Assembly (NCBI RefSeq): GCF_009834535.1 | Contig: NC_045697.1 | Location: 3,598,001-3,662,000 of the forward strand | Direction of reading: 5' to 3' | Source of the DNA: Camelus ferus | Taxonomy: Eukaryota | DNA length: 64,000 bases | Shown here: positions 1 to 11,850 of the stretch, piece by piece | How the letters are laid out: each line of letters begins with the position of its first letter | Numbering within the stretch: position 1 is the stretch's first letter | Translations under genes and position numbers: made by a program | Notes under the pieces: model-generated | Told to the model about the DNA's origin: nothing | Database searches by the model: none | The model's input: the letters and a program-made list of their open reading frames with translations, nothing else

Positions 1-129
1 CATTCCCATCACGGAGCCCCAGCACAGGGGAGAGGCCCCAGGCCTCAAAGGAAGGTGCCGTCCATCCGGTGGGCCACCCCGAGGGCCAGGCCGTCTTGGA
101 CTCAGGAATGTGGACAGGGTAGGGGGCTC

Positions 130-250
130 CAATCCTAGGATCCCCTGTCCACTGGCTGGGTAGCCTGGGGCCAGTGGCTCAGCCTCTCTGTCTCTCCAGT
201 GGAAGGTGGAGAGAATCGCAGCAAAGCTCTTAGAAGAGAGGCTGGTGTAG
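130..250 (+). mobile_element. MIR SINE fragment (diverged)
   Basis: ccactggctgggtagcctggggccagtggctcagcctctctgt resembles the MIR core CCACTTACTAGCTGTGTGACCTTGGGCAAGTTACTTAACCTCTCTG. Confidence 0.5.
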
Positions 251-344
251 ATTAGAAAGCATTAAATGTAGTGGCTCCAGCAGGGCCGCTTCCGGCCCAG
301 CTGTCATCAGAGAACATGGCTTGGGGCCCTGGAGACCCACTCTG

Positions 345-658
345 CCCGGGGCGCCCACAGCAGGAAGTTACCCCTTCAATTCTGTAGTCTGAAAGCCCGA
401 GATCAAAGTGTGGGCAGGCAAGGCCTCTCTTTCTGCTTGTAAATGACCCCCTCCCCCGTCCTCATGTGGTCCTCCCCCTGTGTGTGTCTGTGTCCTCACC
501 TCCTCACCAGTCACCCTGGCTAGGGGCCCACCCTAGTGACTTCATTTTGCCTTAATGGCCCCTGTAAAGGCCCCACCTCCAAGTGCAGTCACATTCGGAG
601 GGGCTGGGGGTTAGGGCCTCACCATATGGATTCGGGGGGACACACTTCAGTCCATACA
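345..658 (-). mobile_element. MaLR solo LTR, MLT1B-like
   Basis: gagatcaaagtgtgggcagg ... ggcccaccctagtgacttcattttgcctt ... gtcacattc ... ggggggacacacttcagtccata, the reverse complement of the MLT1 start TGTTATGGACTGAA..TGTGTCCCC. Confidence 0.8.
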
Positions 659-1777
659 CCTGGGCACATGCTCAGCATTTAGTCAACTGGCCCCAGGCTC
701 CCCACCCGGTTCTTAGGCCCTACATGAGCCCATCCTGCCGGGGTTCATGCTGGCCCGCCTCCAGCACCCCCAGGAGCCCTCTCCTGCTCCAGCCCACCCC
801 CTGCCGACTCCTTATTCATCCATCAGATCTCGGTTTAGAAGCCTCTCCCTGGCCCTCAGGCTGGGTCCCTCCTCCGGGCTCCCACAGCCATCATGCATCC
901 ACCGTTCCATGTGTTACCACTGCCACAAGCAGTTTTGACTCAGTCCTCAGCACTGGGCCAAGCACACAGTAGGTGTGCAAGTATCTGTGCAATGAGTAAG
1001 ATGTTTATCTGTAAATGCCATCTCCTCAGGGGACTGGGGACCCTTGAAGCTTTGCTCTGGTGCCCTTAGGGGTCTCTGACTCTGTGGCTGCTTGGGGAGA
1101 GTGACAAGGATCCTCTCTGAAAACTCCTGATCCCAGGGGCTCCTGTGAAGGGCTTGTGGAAGTCTGTCTACTTCAGGGGGAGCCAGCTTCCAGTGATGAA
1201 AATGGAAGCCAGAAGACACCCAAGTTCCCTCATTCAAAGGCTTACCAGCCCCAGCCCCAGCCCCTGCGGTCTCACCTCCCTCTTACCCAGCCATGCCTCC
1301 AGCATGGGGGGCCGGGGCTGGGACTTCGGTACCAGGCTCAGGATGGCTGGGAACTATTCAGGAACACTGTCCGTTGGTCCCCATCTGTCTCTTGTATGAA
1401 CAGAACATTTCGATACACTCTCATCATTCACCTTGTCATCCTTAATAGCTAATCACAAGAGTTAACATTTTCTAAGCTAAGCACTTGATTGTCATTATCT
1501 CATTTAATCCATGTAAAGGCTCAGGAAGGTCTGATAAGTTGTCCAGGGTCGTGATGCAAGTACTAATGAGACCGACTCTTCCAGACCAATTACCAGGTAC
1601 TGTCCTAAGCCTTTAGCTTATATTCACATGTTTATTCCGGACACTGTGCTTGGGGGCTGGGGCTACACTGGCATTATAGTAGGTGTTCAACAAAAGCTGA
1701 TTGAATGGTCTTTCTGTATCTTTTCCTGTATCCAAGACACTTAGCCCTGGAGATGCTCAATAAATCATTATTGCTTG

Positions 1778-2110
1778 GGTAGATGGAAGAAGGAAGGAAT
1801 GAAGGAAAGGAGGAAGAGAGGAAGAGTAGGAGGATGGGTGGGTGGATGGATGGATGGAAGTTAAAATGGGTGGATGGTGGAAAAGTGGATGGAAGGAAGG
1901 ATGGATGAGGTGACAGACAAATACGTGAGTGGAAGGATGGATGGTGGGATGAATGGACAATGGACAGATGGATGATGGATGGATGGATAGATGGGGGATG
2001 GGTGGATGGTTGGATAGATGGGCAGATGGATGGAAGGATGAGTGTCTAGATGGACAGGTAGATGGCTGAATGGATAAGTGAAAGGATGGATAGGTGGAAG
2101 GGCGGGTGGC
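1778..2110 (+). repeat. Degenerate (GGAA/GGAT)n simple repeat following an L2 3' tail
   Basis: Runs of ggat/ggaa/gatg directly after the L2-like end gatgctcaataaatc. Confidence 0.9.
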
Positions 2111-2611
2111 TGGATCCCTAGCCTAGCCCCTCCTCAGTGGTGGGGAGGACAGCAATATGGAGACACAGAGCCTGCTGAGAAGCTGTGGGCGTGACTCACA
2201 GGAAAAGAGGGCAGAAGCAGCTGAGGGACGTGGGGGAGATGAAGAGCCAAGGGCCTTCAGAGGCGAGAGTGAGTCCTCCTCCCTGAGGGGAAGACAGTCT
2301 TCCTGGGAGAGGCGGCCTTTGGGCGGCACCTGCAAACACCACCACAAGAGATCTAGGGGCAGGGTCCTCCTGGAAGGAAGCAGAGCGTGGGCAAGGTGAC
2401 AGGGTGAGAGAGGCGAGGTGCACCTTGGAGTCGCTAGCCTCCTCATCTGGCTGCCGCCCAGGCCCTGACCTCCTGGAGGTCAAGGTCCAGGTACGTCCCC
2501 CCCACCCACCGCAGCATCAGAGCTGGCCTGACCCGGGTGGGGAGCTGCCAGGTGGTGAGTACTTCTTGATGCAGCTCATGCTGCGTGTCCAGCTGGCCGG
2601 AGCCCAGGATG

Positions 2612-2619
2612 TGACGTCA
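2612..2619. promoter_or_regulatory. Full palindromic CRE (TGACGTCA), motif only
   Basis: Exact TGACGTCA with CpG retained. A second exact copy lies at 61399-61406. Function is not shown. Confidence 0.25.
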
Positions 2620-2629
2620 GGAGCGAACA

Positions 2630-2790
2630 CAGGAACAAGTGTGTACGGAGCACCTGCGGCACGCCAGGTGCCTGACACGCTTCGATCTCAGTGGCCCTCA
2701 AAAAGACCTGGTCCTGGTTATAATGGGGACACTGGCCTGCCCGGGGTCACACAGCCGGGGACTGGCAGAGGCCGGGCTTGAGCCTTGGGC
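2630..2790 (-). mobile_element. MIR SINE
   Basis: gagcacctgcggcacgccaggtgcctg ... ggcctgcccggggtcacacagcc...ggcagaggccgggcttgagcc matches the MIR reverse strand. Confidence 0.6.
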
Positions 2791-3368
2791 GGCCAGCTGG
2801 AAGCCCCCTACCCTCTACAACTGCAGCAGGAGAGGAATGAGGCAAGTGAGGCACACCGGCCCTCACGCCCGTCCCCGTGCAGCGCCGCAGAGTCAGTTCA
2901 CAAGATCTCCAGGGCCCTGCTCACACTCCACTTAGGGTTTCCTGACAATTAATCAGGACTCGGTAAGAAAATTCATAATTTCCTTAGGAACGCTGGAGGA
3001 AGAGTCGTGGAAACATGGAGCCCCACATCCCGTTCTGCTGCCCCAGCCTGCATCTGTGCAGGTCCCTGGGGGAGGCCAGCCTGCCCGGCCTCTCCTCTCA
3101 CCCAGCGGGCTGGCTCGGCCCCTGTTGCCCCGAGCACAACACAGTGCGGTCGCGTGAAGAAGTCAGACTCCAGGTTAAAAAGAGAAGGTGGCTGGGGCGG
3201 AAAGGACCACTTCTGCGGGGTGAGAAGAGGACGGGGCTCTGGAATCTTCCTGCACAAAGTCCCAGCCCCACCCATGTGTGTCGCCCACACGTCACTCCTG
3301 CATCCGCAGAGAGCCCGCTCTGGGGTCTGGAGGAGGTGAGGATGCTGCCGTTCCTGCCCTCGAGGGGA

Positions 3369-3703
3369 TGTCTTAGACCATTTGAGCTGCTACAATTAAA
3401 AAAACCATTGCTGCGAGGCTTAAAGAACAAACACTCATTTCGCACAGTTCCAGAGGCTGAAGTCCGTAATCAAGGTGCCCGCAGACCCAGCGTCTGGTTA
3501 GGACCTGCTTCCTGCTGTTCGCATGTCCTCCCGGGTGGTAGGCGCGAGGGAGCTCTCACAGGTCTCTTTTCTAAGGGCACTAATCCCCTTCAGGAGGACT
3601 CCACCCTCCTGACCTCCTGACCTAATCACCTCGTAGCACCATCCCATCGAGTGCTGGGGCTTCCGCACATGAATTTGGGGGACACAAACACTGAGTCAGT
3701 GGC
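3369..3703 (-). mobile_element. MaLR solo LTR, MLT1A-like, near full length
   Basis: Starts tgtcttagaccatttgagctgct, contains aagtcc..atcaaggtgcc and aagggcactaatccc, and ends catgaatttgggggacacaaacactgagtcagtggca. Confidence 0.85.
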
Positions 3704-3849
3704 AGAGGTCCAGAGTGGTGGGACAGATGAGAATTCAGGTGGCCCCGGTGATGGGGGTGGAGACAGTCACATGGACTCATCACTGGGAACCAGGGAGAGG
3801 ACCCTGATGGGAGGGCCCAGGACACCCCACAGAGGAGGCGATGCTGGAG

Positions 3850-4125
3850 TTTGCTGCATGGAGGAGGAGGAGAAGGGCCCTCCAGGCAAAGGGAAGAGTG
3901 CATCAAAGGCAGGCTTGTGGGGAACAGCTGGGGGACCTCAGTGCCTCAGAGGGGCTGAGGGGGAGATGTCCTGAAAGCAGGACAGGGCCCAGACTCGATC
4001 GCACAGCACTGGGAGGCTTTGGAGCAAAGGAGTGACACCGTCAGATCCATCTTTGGAAACATCCCCCAGGATGGCGTGAACGTCAGGGAGCCTGGAGGCA
4101 GCAAAGCAGGCGATGAGGCTGTTCA
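3850..4125 (-). mobile_element. L2 LINE fragment
   Basis: ccaggcaaagggaagagtgcatcaaaggc ... gagcaaaggagtgacaccgtcagatc ... ggaggcagc..aggctgtt resembles the L2 3' region on the reverse strand. Confidence 0.55.
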
Positions 4126-5336
4126 AACGAACAGACAAGAACATGCAAGTTTCCAGAAAAAAGATCACGTGCAGGCCAGTTTCATCTGCTGCCCTTAGTG
4201 ACCTGACTTGGGCCAAAGAGGGCTTTCTGTCTGTCCCCAAGGTTCACCCCTTCCCTCTTCCTCCCTGTCTTAGCCCAGCCATCCCCCTGCCGGGCAGCCT
4301 CGGCCCCCTCCATGCCCACCCCAGGGCCCAGACCCTCTGCTCTTCATCCTCAGATGCTTCTCTTATGCAGCTCGAAACAGGCAGCCAGCGTCTGCATTTC
4401 CCTCTCCTGTACTGTCTCCTCCTGCAGAGGGAAGGCTATGTCCTCTGCCTTTACACTCCCGAGGCCCAGCACATGGCAGGAACCCCACAATTTTCTAACA
4501 ACTGAATGGATGGCATATGAGAGTCCCACCCAGACGGTGCCGCGTGTTGCGTTTACCTGAACCAGCCACATCTCTGCCCCACTGCGTCCCCACACCCTGG
4601 TGCTCAACCAGTGTACTGGAAATTGGCTCCATCATCAAGGCCACTCATTTGCTGGAGCGAGGTTAACCATCCTGTCTTCCATAGCCCAGGCACTGCGCAC
4701 AGTAGGGATCCACAAACACAGGGTGGCCTGCTGGCTGCAGCACCCTAAAAAGCCACACTGGGGCCCCTCCAGCCCCGGCAGGCCTCTGCCCAGCTGCACA
4801 ACCCGCTCACGAGGCCTGGGGAGGTCAACTGCCCCGGGACCCAGCTGTGCAAGACATTTACTGCTCAGCTGGCTCCCGCTCAGCCTGGAGGCCTGGAGGC
4901 CACAGGGACCTGGCGCTGGCACTGGAGTCTCACAATGTCACTTAAGCAGAACACGTTTCACGTTGCAGAGAAAAGGCCCCCGATGGGCAGAACGGCCAGC
5001 TCAAAGGCCTAGGCTTCTGCCGGGACTGTGCAAGAGCCAGGTGCGGGGCGTGACTCTGCCCCACCACGGCCCCAGGTACTCAGCACAGTGCCCGGCGCAC
5101 AGTAGGACACCTGTTCCACAGCTATCTGTTCATCCCCCACCAGCTCAGGAAAGCCCAAGGGCAGGCCCCCAGCACGGGCTGAGCACCCACTGTATCTTCC
5201 ATCTATGTAGTTCATTTGATTCTTCCAACGTCTGCATGGGGTTGGTAGCATGATCCTAGCTTTAGGCATCTGGAAGCCACCTGCCCAGGGACAGACAGCC
5301 AGGAAGTGGGTGCTGCACACCTAGCTTTAGGCACCA

Positions 5337-5728
5337 TCTGAGTTCCTGGAACTGATGTACCCAACACCGCAGACTGGGTGGCTTAAAACAGCCGTCTGTA
5401 TTCTCTCATAGTGTGGAGGCCAGAAGTCCCAGATCAAGGTGCTGGCAGGGCTGGGCTCCCACCGGAGCCTCTAGGGAGGCTCCTTCCTGCCTCTTCCAGC
5501 TTCTGGGGGCTCCAGGGGTCCCTGGACTTGTGGCCGCGTCCCTCCCATCTTCACACAGACTCCCTCTGTATCCAGATCGCCCTCTTCTTACAGAGACCCC
5601 CAGTCATTGGATTGGGGCCCACCTCCTCCAGCATCACCTCCTCTTAACTAGATTCCATCTGCAAAGGTCCCATTCCCGTGTTCCGGGTGGACATGGACTT
5701 GGCGGGACACCATTCACCCCAGTCCACA
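5337..5728 (-). mobile_element. MaLR solo LTR, MLT1C-like
   Basis: actgggtggcttaaaacag ... ggaggccagaagtcccagatcaaggtgctggcagggc ... cttcctgcctcttccagcttctggg ... gggacaccattcacccc. Confidence 0.85.
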
Positions 5729-6729
5729 CTGTGCTTCCTCCCCCTACACAGTGCTTCTCTGGACAAACGCTGCTGTATCACCTCCTCGCAAGCCGGGCGG
5801 AGCCCACCCCGCTCTGTTCACGCGGGAAACAGAGGCTTTGCCACCTCTGGTGAGCTCATCTCGGCCACACCTGACAGCCTCCCCACAAAGACTTTCCGTC
5901 CCTCCCCTCCCAGAGCTCAGAGCTCCAAAGGCCTCCTTTCCTGAGGTCCGATGGGCTCACATGGGAAGCTGGGACTCTCGGTGGCATCTAACTCCACTGG
6001 GGTCCCCACACATCTGGAACTTTCCGGGACATCTGGAGGGAAGGCTCCTGGTGAGGAGGCAGCCGTCCACGTCCATCACTCTCCTCGGGGGAGCGGCACC
6101 TCACTGCTGTGGCCAGGCCAACTTGCTAAGGCCACGTGGGATCCAAGCTGTGGCCTCTGGCTGAACTTCCCATGGCCCTGCAGACGTGAAGTTTTTGGTA
6201 GTCTCCCAAGTGAGCCCAGGGCTTTGGGGGGAATTCAGGAGCCCCTCTACCCATAAGCTCAGTTTCAACAAGTTCTTCCTGCGAAAGACTGAAGGCAGAT
6301 GCTGCCTGGAAATGGGAAAAGCCTACCCACAGGGCCATGGGCTGCGGCAAGGGGCTCAGGAGGGGCTCCCTGGGGCAGGAGGTGGGGACCCCCTCTTCAC
6401 AACCTGGCCCCACACACCCCCACTACCATAGCAGCAGGCTGCGGCACATCCTCCGGAGATGGTGGGGGGCTGTGAGACCCAGGGAAGAAGGCTTGGGTCT
6501 TGCTAACACCCAAGGCAGGTACAGCCTGTAGACAGCTGAGGCAGCTACAGACGGGAGGAGGAGGCAGGACGGGGAAGAGGACAGACAGGCCAAGGGAGAG
6601 AGGAGTAGAGGGTTCGTCCTCCCCATCCCAGGGAAAAGCCAGCTCTTATGGGGCACAAGACCAAAGTTAACAGGCCAGAGGGGGAACTTCTCCAGTATCC
6701 AGCCCAGCACTGATCAGAGCCCGAGTGCA

Positions 6730-7760
6730 AAGATGCAATTTCTTAGTTATGCCACCAAGAGCACGAAGCAGAAAGAGCAAACCGACAGACTGCACTCCAT
6801 CAAAACCGAATACTCCTGCCCCGCAAAGGACGCTGTTCTCTTCAGAAGAAGACAAGAGGAAAGACAAGCCACTGGCCGGGAGAAAATATTTGCAAATCAC
6901 GTATTAGAAAGGACACACACCCTGCACACGTAGAGAACTCTCAAAACATAATAATGACAAAACGAACAGCCTAAAAGATGAACAAAGGATTCTGGTCAAC
7001 ACTTCACCAAAGAAGACAGAGAGAAAGATGGCAACTAAGCCTGCAAAGAGATGTGGACATCGTGGGTCATGGAGGAAATGCACATTTAAGCCGTAGAGAG
7101 AGACCACCATGCACCTGCTAGAAAGGCTAAAATCAAAAAGACAGACCACACCAAGTGTCGACGGGGGTGGGGAGGAAACGGAACCCGGTGCATTTCCCTC
7201 GCTGGTGGAAATGTAAAATGATACAGTTTGTCAGTTTTTTCAGAAGTTAAACATGACTCAGCCATCCTAGCCACGCCTAGGAATTTACTCAAAATAAATG
7301 AAGGCGTGTGTCCCTGTGAAGACTCGCACAGGAGTGCTCACAGCAGCTGTATCTCCAACAGCCAGAACCAGAAACGAACCAAATGGCCATCAACAGGCTA
7401 GTGGATCAACACATTGTGGGACGTCCACAGAGTGGGGTGAAAGGAACAGACCAGCGACTGATGAAACTCAAAAAAAAACTATGCAGAGTGAGAGGCAGAA
7501 AGGACGTCATGTGCTATGTGATTCTGCTTACATAACGGTGGAGAATGGCAAGCTGGTGGACAGTGGCAGAGCAGTGGTCATCTCGGGAGCAGGCGGGGGA
7601 TCATAAGGGGTCACGAGGAAACCTTGGAGGCGATGAATATCCTCCTTGTGGCGAATGGTTTTGCAGGTGTGTACATACGTCCAAACTTACCCAGTCGCAC
7701 ACTTTAAATACGCAGCGTGAATTGCATATCAATTATACCTCAATGCAGCCTTTACTTTAA
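6730..7760 (+). mobile_element. Old L1 (L1MB/L1ME-type) 3' fragment: ORF2 C-terminal remnant plus 3' UTR
   Basis: gggagaaaatatttgcaaatcac encodes the (W)EKIFANH-type L1 ORF2 motif. Also gctggtggaaatgtaaaatg, ctaggaatttac, and the terminal aattatacctcaat. The frame is broken. Confidence 0.85.
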
Positions 7761-7999
7761 ACCCTCCCTAAGGCTGGCAGATCCCCTAGCTCACGCTGAG
7801 TGTTTTACCCTGGACACACTGAGCAGCATTACAGATTCACGGGTGGTTCCATTCATGGCTTTCTCTTTGTACATTTGCCAAGGTTTCCTGTTAAAATCCA
7901 TCTTTGCAGCCTAGAATCTCCACAGATCAAGACAGGACAAACTCACATCGAAGGTCAAGGCCCTGGAGGGAAGAACCCCCACTCCCCACACACCCAGCC

Positions 8000-8470
8000 T
8001 GCAGCAGGGAAGGACAAACCTGACTCCGTACTGGTCTGTTTCTTTTACTTTAACCTTCGTGTTCTACCGCTTTTACTACAAATTCATCACTAAAGGGATG
8101 CTGCCTACAAGCTTAAATACGTAACAGCCCACCTCAGGGAACCCCGGCTCCCAGGTAATGAGCATTAAGCTAAAATACCTTTGCGTAGCTCACAGGAAGC
8201 ACCTGAGCAGGCCCACCTGTGACTGACCGCAGGAAGGAAGAAACTAACACATCCCCTCCGGAGGCTGGTGGGACCCAGGAAATGCCTGCCTTCACCCCCT
8301 CCCCTTGTAGGATAAAAGAAGCCTGAACTCTAACTCAGGAAAGATGTTTCTTTGGACACTAGTCCACCGTCTTCTCCATCTGCTAGCTTTCCGAATATAG
8401 GCCCTTTTCCTTGCCTCGTCTCTCGATTTACTGGCCTATTATGCAGCGAGCAGCACGAGCTTGGATTGTC
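8000..8470 (+). mobile_element. ERV1-type solo LTR (MER34/MER39-group-like; subfamily uncertain)
   Basis: Begins tgcagcagggaaggacaaacctgactcc, has a TATA-like ggataaaagaagc, and ends ctttccgaata..ttccttgcctcgtctctcgatttactggcct..gcagcgagcagcacgagcttgga as in this LTR group. Possible degenerate 4-bp TSD agcc/tgcc. Confidence 0.75.
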
Positions 8471-8754
8471 TGCCTTTTGCCCTGACTTGGGGTGAGCCTA
8501 CAGGAGGCCCAGCGGGCCTGGGGGCCATGTCCTTGGCGTTTCTGGAATTGGGACCTGCTCAGGCCTCCCGCAGGTTTCTAGCCCAGTGGTTCACAAACCG
8601 TTTTCAGAATGAAATCTGTTTGCAAAAGCCAACTTATAAAGTTGGGCAGAAGTTGTGCTTTATCAGTAGGCAAGTTTATTTAATACATTCAGCTTTTAAA
8701 GCCAGTCAGTGTGCATTGGGAGGCTGCCCTCCAAAACAGACATCCTTGGGGCCT

Positions 8755-8778
8755 GCCTGTGTCCCCGCCTGTGTCCCC
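8755..8778. repeat. Perfect 12-bp tandem duplication
   Basis: gcctgtgtcccc x2. Confidence 0.9.
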
Positions 8779-9190
8779 ACTGCATCCAGAGCCACCTCTG
8801 TTTGGGGGGAAATCCTGACCTAGAGAGAAAAGGTGCTTCATGTACAGAGTTCTCCCCGAGAGACACACACGGGCCTGAAATCTACCGTCTACTCACACAC
8901 AGAGTGACACAGCCATGGGGGCTCAGGCACACGCACACCGGTGGCAAGAGGGTCCTTCTTGCATGGTCCCTACAAACACAAGGTGGCTTGCAGCCAGGGA
9001 AGGTGTGCGGGTCCAGCTGACCAGGTGTGCGCAGTCTTCATGAGTGTTTAGTCAAATGACTTTAAAACTAAAATCCAAATCAAATGTTTGTGGCACCCCT
9101 GACGTCTTCCCCAAAGAACCCCGAGCTTCAGAATCCACGTTTCGCGTACACGCCCCACTTTGTCAGTGGGCAGCTAAGGCCTGGAGGTCC

Positions 9191-9275
9191 TTCTGAAACA
9201 GAGCTGCAAAGCTGTGGGAATTGCATTCCGTTCAGTCAGTGGTCATGATGAGTCTTCTGTCCTCTCGGCTCTGGG
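9191..9275 (+). repeat. Left arm of 85-bp inverted repeat
   Basis: 76/85 identical, ungapped, to the reverse complement of 10118-10202 (hand alignment). Confidence 0.95.
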
Positions 9276-9504
9276 CTGGGCTCCGGGGGAAGCAGAGTCA
9301 GCCCCACCTCTGTCGCTCCAGGACCTGCTGGACGTCTCAGCAGCAGCAAAGGAAACTGGCCCCGGAAGGATGCCTTGGACCCTTCCTCATCCTCCCAAAC
9401 TCACTACGCTTGTAAACTCTGGGAAGAAGCGGGTTCACAGCAGCAAACACTGTCTGCACACATGGGGCCGGGCGCCCCTGCCTCCAGCCACGCCAACCAC
9501 CCAC

Positions 9505-9690
9505 CGTGCTCAGACTCCGGATCCAGGACGCCAGGGTCCAAACCTCAGTCCACTTAGTAGCTGTGTGACCTCAGACAACTGACTTAACCCCTCTGTGACT
9601 CACTTTCCTCATCTCTAGAATGGGGTTAATGAGAGTATCCGCCTCCGTGAGCTGAGACTGCACGTGACACTGCGAGTGCAGGGCGTAGCA
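9505..9690 (+). mobile_element. MIR SINE
   Basis: ccacttagtagctgtgtgacctcagacaactgacttaacccctctgtgactcactttcctcatctctagaatgggg is the MIR core. Confidence 0.85.
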
Positions 9691-9869
9691 GAGGCCCAGC
9701 CGGCGGGGGGTGGGGTGGGGTGGGGTGGCGGAGAACTGTTAGCTCCTCCTGCCAGGGGCCCCCGGCCCTCCCTGCTCCGCCAATGCCCTCTCCCCTCTCC
9801 AAGTTCCCCAAATCCACCCGTCCTTAAGCCTCGTCGAGGAAGCCTTCCTCATGTCACAAAGTGGGAAAT

Positions 9870-9990
9870 CAGTATGTTCTGCATTGGAATCCCACCATTT
9901 CTCAACGCTGTGATCTTGGTCAGGCAGCCACCTCCCTGAAGCCCCGTTCCCTCTCCTGTGTGTCGAGGTGACAGCCCAGGCTTGCGGAGC
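9870..9990 (+). mobile_element. MIR SINE fragment
   Basis: ggaatcccacc..gctgtgatcttggtcaggcagccacctccctgaagccccgttccctctcctgt. Confidence 0.6.
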
Positions 9991-10117
9991 TGCTGCAGAG
10001 AAGGGGTAGGCCAGCACACGGAACCACCTGCCTGGCGCCCACCAAGCCACGATGCCACCCGGGCTCCCTGGATAATCTCCTCTTGGCCGTGTGACACGGT
10101 TCTGACCCTCGACCCTC

Positions 10118-10202
10118 CCCAGAGCCAAGAGGACAGAAGACGCATCACAACCACTGACTGAATGGAATTCAGTTCCCACAGCTTTGCAGCTCCATTTCAG
10201 AA
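10118..10202 (-). repeat. Right arm of 85-bp inverted repeat
   Basis: Its reverse complement matches 9191-9275 at 76/85 positions. Confidence 0.95.
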
Positions 10203-11721
10203 CTGAGGAAGAGAAAAATATCTCAAAAACATTTAGCAGCAAGCTTAAGCCATGTGCCTGGGTGGAAGGCTTGGTTCACGCTCCCGTTTAAAATGCTTCA
10301 GAAAAAGAACCACACCGTCCCCACTCTCCTGGTGTCAGTGACAAGCCCAAGCTGGCCCTCGACCAAGACATCTTCGGATGAAGAGGCCCAACCTTTGGCC
10401 ACCAGGAGAGTCGAAGCCCTTGTGCAGTTTTCAGGTGCATAAAAAGCACTCTGAATCCCTGAGTCCCCCACTGCTAGGAAACAGACCCAGAAGTCAGAGC
10501 CCTACACCCCATCACCCATGTGCCTCCAATTCATGGGGTCACCTGAGCCAGTCACTTGACCTCTCTGGGCTGCCTGCACATCCGCGCACGGGAGACAAAG
10601 CACCCACAGTTGAAGGGAGCTCACGGCCAGGCACCAAAAAGCACGTGGTGCCACAGGCCCCACCAACTACCAGCGACGGCACCTCCAAGGGCCTCCGGGC
10701 TGGCAGGTGCCAGACCCAGGCATCCATAACCCAGCAAGCAGGGCCGGGCCTGGTGGGAGGTGGCAGGGTAGGGAGCAAGGATTTGCAGCAGGATCCTAAA
10801 ACCCCCACGACTCCCCCACCAGGGGAGCCTTGCGTAAGGAGGAGAAAACAATCATATGAACAGGGGGCCAGGAATTCAGGAGGAGCCTGGGTGACAGGAG
10901 GCCTTGGCGTAGGTACAAAGCCACTGGCATGTGTAGACAGAGCTGCTCGCGCGGGCCAGGCCAGGGCCTGCAGGTTTCTCCTGGAGAGGTGGAGGAAGGG
11001 CAGAGAGGAAGGAGGGGCGAGGGGGGAGGGAGCCCGAGGACAGGATGTGCTGGGGGTGGGCGAGGAGCTGGGGGCCCGCGGGGAGGCCAACTGACTCCTT
11101 CAGGAACAGAGACGCGTCCAGCCTGGAGACTGGTTGGTGTGTCTACAGGATGACCCCCAAGTCCATCACCCCTGCAGAAAGTCCCCAACTCGCCAGTGCT
11201 TCAGGTACCAAGCCAGTCTGACGCTGTTCTGGAAACTCAGGATGGTAGAACACGTGCTCACCCCAAATGCAGAACCTCCCCAAGCCTCCACCACCTCAGG
11301 TGGGCGGGGCTCAACCCTGTTAACCCCAAGTTGGTGGGTGGGAAGAGACCCTAGCTGCTCCGCTGGTACCCCCAGAAAGGTGACCAGGAGGCGGCTGCCC
11401 CACAAGGGAAGCTACTCAGGCACAGCCCAAGGTCACCAGGTGAGGCCAGCACAGAGGACTGAGAGGTGAGGTCAGGGACAGAGTCCCACTGTGAGGACAA
11501 CTAAGAACTCGCCCCTAACCTGGAGCAGGAGATTTGAGCAGGGAAGCGGGCTGGGCCAGAGATGAGGAGGCACGGGAGTGGGGGTGGGTGAGGGGGCGGG
11601 GTGGGGGGAGGCTCCCCTGACACTCCAGCTTGGTCCAGCTGTGTGAACGCGGGGCTGGAAAGGAGCCAAAGACGGCTTGTGAAAAAAGCAAAAAGAGGCC
11701 CACACCCCGTGGTCCATATGC

Positions 11722-11850
11722 CCACACACACACACACACAAACACACACAGGTGCACACACACACAGGTGCACACGCACACGCACGCACAGATGCACACG
11801 CGCTCACACACGCACACACAGGCACACACAGGCGCACACATACACCCCCA
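11722..11850. repeat. Interrupted (CA)n / (CACG)n microsatellite
   Basis: cacacacacacacacacaaacacacacaggtgcacaca...cacgcacacgcacgcaca. Confidence 0.9.

Noticed and set aside
2404..2640. Coding-looking stretch with donor-like CAG|GTACGT and GTG|GTGAGT
   Set aside because: There is no convincing acceptor, no recognisable peptide on either strand and no partner exons.
6733..6933. ORF containing EKIFANH
   Set aside because: It is a decayed L1 ORF2 remnant, not a gene.
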